Assembly (NCBI GenBank): GCA_020161835.1
Contig: JAIUNL010000015.1
Location: 707-64,706, forward strand
Reading direction: 5' to 3'
From: Bacteroidota bacterium
Lineage (GTDB): Bacteria > Bacteroidota > JABWAT01
DNA length: 64,000 bases
Under the pieces are notes generated by a model. The model searched no databases. It saw only the letters and a program-made list of their open reading frames with translations, and had not been told where the DNA came from. Numbering within the stretch: position 1 is the first letter of the stretch; each line of letters begins with the position of its first letter. The position numbers and the translations under genes are program-made. Of this stretch, positions 60,560 through 64,000 are shown in pieces.

Positions 60560-60797
60560 AATGTCTGGCATCTGCGAAAACTGCATCCATTCTACTTTTA
60601 CGACCGGTTCGTTTGACCGGTGCAAACTGGCAGAACAATTGAAAGACAAACCAGCCGGATTATCTGGCGAACATTATTATGCGGTAAAACCTTATTTTTA
60701 TTTTCAGGTTCACCGGAAGGCAAGCTGCGCTCAGTTTGAAGAAAAACTAAAAGCGCCCGTGTTACTTTGGGGACAGAAGAGTCAGATCAAAACCTGA
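60560..60797 (+). CDS. Small cysteine-containing hypothetical protein (78 aa).
   Basis: ATG at 60560 preceded by AGGAAACC. Motifs CENC...C...C. Followed by a terminator hairpin at 60822-60857. Confidence 0.3.
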
Positions 60798-60859
60798 TGT
60801 ACCCAATCAGCATTTAGCAATAATAAAAAAGCCAGTCCTGCGACTGGCTTTTTTATTTG

Positions 60860-60946
60860 CGGAAAAGGGGGGATTCGAACCCCCGTTACCATTACTGGTA
60901 AAACGGTTTTCGAGACCGTCGCGATCAACCACTCTGCCACTTTTCC
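60860..60946 (-). tRNA. tRNA-Ser (anticodon CGA), class II with a long variable arm.
   Basis: Minus-strand read: GGAAAAG-TG-GCAGAGTGGTTGATCGC-G-ACGGT-CTCGAAA-ACCGT-TTTACCAGTAATGGTAA-CGGGGGTTCGAATCCCCC-CTTTTCC-G. T-arm GGTTCGAATCC. CCA is not encoded. A terminator hairpin lies directly downstream. Confidence 0.8.
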
Positions 60947-61205
60947 GGGGTTGTTTTCTAACTTCCAAACAAAGTTTGAGTCATTTAAAGTTTGCACTTA
61001 TCCCGCATCAAGGCACCCATTAATTTAGTCGTAACGAGATTTTAGCTCTTCAAAAATGGGATTTTATGCAGTGCAAAAGTCCTGATATCTGATTTTCCCG
61101 TCGTTAGTAATTAATGCAATTTTTTATAAGGCTCCAATTATCGGAAATGCACGTAACTAAGGCAATAAAAGAACAAAAAAAGAAACCAGGAAAACTCAGT
61201 TGTTA

Positions 61206-62855
61206 TCAATTCACATCCTTTACAAGCCTCACGGATCTCCCCCAAAGCTTTCGTCCCTCAAAGAGAGAAAGTTTACTTCCGGAACTCAGAGATGCAGTAT
61301 TTGTAAATTCTGGAACAGTTGTAGACGGGGTTGATGTCCAAAACGCGGTTTGGCTGTACATATACTCATAACCACCATTATCAGGAGATGCCGCGCCCCC
61401 AGGCAAAGCAGTAAAACCGGAGCTGTTTGTTCCATTGTTATTATTTTTCCAATTAACTGTGCCTGATTCTTTAAGTTTATCCCCAGCGATATTGACTCCT
61501 CCCAGGTAATTTGCCAGTTTTTCAAAATCAGCTAAAGTTGGGACCCGCCAACCAGGGGGTGCAAGTTTTCCAGTTTCAACTGTAAACCAATTATATAAAT
61601 ACCCAAATTTCTGAACGTTCTGATCCTGATCATCGTAGGCACAACGTAATCCGGAAACAGCAAAACGCCAGTTATAACTATCTATATTCAATCTTTCCAA
61701 AGGAATCTCGGTTCCATCATTATAATGCGATACCCGCAGATTCTGGACTGTCCAAATTTGAGTTCCGATTTGAACTAAATCATACACATTACCGTCGATG
61801 TCAGTTAATTGAGGCATTGTTAAAAATGTTTTTTCGTCCCCATAAATTGTATCCAATTCGTTAATGAAAAAGGAACGGTAAAAATACCGCTTTTCTGGGG
61901 TAAGATTTGAAATTGAAGCTTCAAAGAGTGTATTATCTGTAATAGTTTTATTTACAATAGTTTTTGAAACCAATTTGGCATCAGGATTTGGATTCAAATC
62001 CCAGCATAGTCCGTGTGCAATAATTCGCAACCCTCTAGACGCATCAATCTTGCCTCCTGAAACTGCAGAAGCATTCCGGAATCCGTACGCATCAGTTGTC
62101 GTTGCAACGGGTCTTTTGAATGTCGTATAAGTTTTTGACCTACTATAAGCAATTCCGGTTGAATTTATAGCATAAGCCCGGAAATAACAGGTGGTTGAAG
62201 GTGGAAGATTATTTACAGTTAGGATATTTCTATAAACACCAAGTTGTCCAGTTACTTTCTTTTGATCAACGGTTGGATTGTCAGTTAAGCCCCAGCAAAC
62301 ACCTATTTCTAAAACCTGGTCTCCTTCATCACTTTCTAAAGTAACATCCCAAGCTCTTGAGCGGTAGCTTGAATTTTCATAAACTTCAGATATAGAAACT
62401 TTTGGAATATCCTTATCAATTTTAAAAGAAATCTGGTTACCATATTCTATATGATCATAATATGAAAACCCCAGCTTTTTTTTAATGACCGCAAATGCTC
62501 TTACATAATAAGTAGAACCTCTTGCAATTGAATTCATTCTTACAGAATAAGTCCCGGAAGATTTATTTGTTGAATGAACAACTCCGGTTTCAACGGTAGG
62601 ATTTGAAAAATAAGAATAACAGATTCCAATTGCTGTAACTTTTATATCTCCTTCAACCGTTACGGTCACCCCTGAAATTGCTGACAAACCCTGGATTGAA
62701 TCTGCTTCCAGGGTAGTAACATGTATTTCTTTGTCTTCTTCAGGAAATATAGATAAATCACAAGAATTTAAACCTGTCCCGGCTATCATTATAATAAAAG
62801 CAAAAACGAATAAAAAGATGTATTTATTCTGAAATGCCAGTCGAATCGTTTTCAT
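61206..62855 (-). CDS. Lipoprotein with a C-terminal Fibrobacter-succinogenes major paralogous domain (FISUMP) and N-terminal Ig-like repeats.
   Basis: Lipobox LNSCD. C-terminus QKFGYLYNWF...PGWRVPT...AFWTST...GRSVRLVKD is the FISUMP signature. Confidence 0.6.
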   Translation of the reverse strand: MKTIRLAFQNKYIFLFVFAFIIMIAGTGLNSCDLSIFPEEDKEIHVTTLEADSIQGLSAISGVTVTVEGDIKVTAIGICYSYFSNPTVETGVVHSTNKSSGTYSVRMNSIARGSTYYVRAFAVIKKKLGFSYYDHIEYGNQISFKIDKDIPKVSISEVYENSSYRSRAWDVTLESDEGDQVLEIGVCWGLTDNPTVDQKKVTGQLGVYRNILTVNNLPPSTTCYFRAYAINSTGIAYSRSKTYTTFKRPVATTTDAYGFRNASAVSGGKIDASRGLRIIAHGLCWDLNPNPDAKLVSKTIVNKTITDNTLFEASISNLTPEKRYFYRSFFINELDTIYGDEKTFLTMPQLTDIDGNVYDLVQIGTQIWTVQNLRVSHYNDGTEIPLERLNIDSYNWRFAVSGLRCAYDDQDQNVQKFGYLYNWFTVETGKLAPPGWRVPTLADFEKLANYLGGVNIAGDKLKESGTVNWKNNNNGTNSSGFTALPGGAASPDNGGYEYMYSQTAFWTSTPSTTVPEFTNTASLSSGSKLSLFEGRKLWGRSVRLVKDVN

Positions 62856-63006
62856 AAAATGTCCTGTATTTATATTTCGTTAATCCCGGGAAAAGAATTC
62901 AAGCAGGAGTCTATTGTAAACCCACGGTAGTGGAATCAATAGAAATTTTAGATACTGGTTTTGAAATTATTAAGGAGGTCAGATTTAATCCACCTTTTAT
63001 CTGTCT

Positions 63007-63516
63007 TTAATCCAACAACTCAACCGGTATCGTTTTCTTTATTTTCTCTGCCTGATCTGCTGTGAGCAGGGTTTTCATTTTCAAAACGGGCTTTTTGTAA
63101 GAAGCATCAAGCTTCATTTTCTCATAAACTTTCCCGTTGATATAAAACAGAATACTTTTCCTTTTTTTACCTTTTGCCAGTGTGTTCAGTTTTTTAAGTC
63201 CGGCCTTGGTGAGTGTCAGTGAAAGCTGAACATCTTCAGTTTTGTTTTTGATAAACTCAACTTTTTCAAGATCTGAATTTTCAAGCTGGACAACCGGATC
63301 AAGAATCAGAACGTCATTTTTTCCCTGAAGATCCTGAATCAGGGAATCATCCACGCCATCAGCTGATTTTGCTTCGAGATGAATACGAAAGACAAACGGA
63401 TCCGGCTTTGCAACTTCCACAACAGGTTCAGGCTTTACAACCGGTTGCGGAGCCTGGCAGGCTGCCAATCCAACAATAGCTAACCCTAAAAATAATAATC
63501 GTTTATCCATCTTCAC
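63007..63516 (-). CDS. Hypothetical lipoprotein.
   Basis: Signal peptide with lipobox (LAACQ). 169 aa. Confidence 0.4.
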   Translation of the reverse strand: MKMDKRLLFLGLAIVGLAACQAPQPVVKPEPVVEVAKPDPFVFRIHLEAKSADGVDDSLIQDLQGKNDVLILDPVVQLENSDLEKVEFIKNKTEDVQLSLTLTKAGLKKLNTLAKGKKRKSILFYINGKVYEKMKLDASYKKPVLKMKTLLTADQAEKIKKTIPVELLD

Positions 63517-63944
63517 TCCGTCATCATCGCCAGGTAACTTTCGGGAATATTCGTTGCTTTTCCTGAATTGTCAACAAAAACAAGAACAGAATCCGCTGTG
63601 TGAATCAGGTCATTCTTCTGGTTGAACAATTCGTAAGAGATCGTCATGGCAACTCTTTTTTTGGATGAGATCCAGGTATGAATCGAGATTTCATCATCCA
63701 TGTAAGCCGGTTTTTTAAATTCCATGTGTACGGATGCGACAACCGGTACTGCTTTTTGATGCAAAAAATCATCAAAACTCATTCCCTTTTCTTTCAGGAA
63801 AAAAACACGGGCAGATTCGAGCCAGTTCAGGTAAACCGCATTGTTTACGTGATGGAAAAAATCAAGTTCGTATGATTGAACTGTTGTTTTGAAAATGATC
63901 GTATCCGAAATCCGGTGTTTTAAACCATCCATTTTTTGAACCAC
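63513..63944 (-). CDS. Acyl-CoA thioesterase, hotdog fold (YbgC/4HBT-like).
   Basis: YELDFFHHVNNAVYLNWLE... is the 4HBT signature. 143 aa. Confidence 0.65.
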   Translation of the reverse strand: MVQKMDGLKHRISDTIIFKTTVQSYELDFFHHVNNAVYLNWLESARVFFLKEKGMSFDDFLHQKAVPVVASVHMEFKKPAYMDDEISIHTWISSKKRVAMTISYELFNQKNDLIHTADSVLVFVDNSGKATNIPESYLAMMTE

Positions 63945-64000
63945 CCTTTTGATATAAATAACCAGGAAACGAGCGAACCCAGAATGACGCCGGTCAGATC

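Overview
This is a 64-kb chromosomal window from a bacterium of the FCB group (Bacteroidota or Ignavibacteriota-like). Three observations support that placement: (1) four large secreted proteins end in T9SS/Por C-terminal sorting domains; (2) one lipoprotein carries a Fibrobacter-succinogenes-type paralogous domain; (3) the conserved promoter boxes look like the Bacteroidetes -33 TTTG / -7 TAnnTTTG type.

The window splits into two parts. The first is an accessory region of about 15 kb (positions ~4650-19600). It is built around a complete Type I restriction-modification operon, hsdM-hsdS-hsdR, on the minus strand (7001-13939). On one side of it sits a tight three-gene operon whose first protein fuses a Panacea-like (DUF4065) domain to a DUF488 domain. 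On the other side sits a string of toxin-antitoxin- or defense-like gene pairs: a membrane-anchored TIR-like protein with a DUF3368 PIN nuclease, a HicB-like protein with a tiny basic ORF, and a HigB(Gp49)/HigA(XRE) pair. These pairs are interleaved with two families of conserved, promoter-bearing structured RNA repeats. One family (A) shows compensatory base changes that imply a pseudoknot.

The second part is housekeeping and cell-surface genes: SPFH, galE, pyrD, mlaE, trpC/trpF/trpB, pntAB, rnhB, yraN, iscA, a cysteine desulfurase, rpiB, tldD, ribBA, yajC, two hsp20 genes and tRNA-Ser, plus large T9SS surface-protein paralogs. Several families of small palindromic REP/MITE-like repeats are scattered through it. 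One T9SS paralog carries an in-frame palindromic insertion. A small GIY-YIG gene is interrupted by an in-frame TAA and bracketed by inverted palindromes.

All protein calls rest on motif recognition from the supplied translations. No database search was run.
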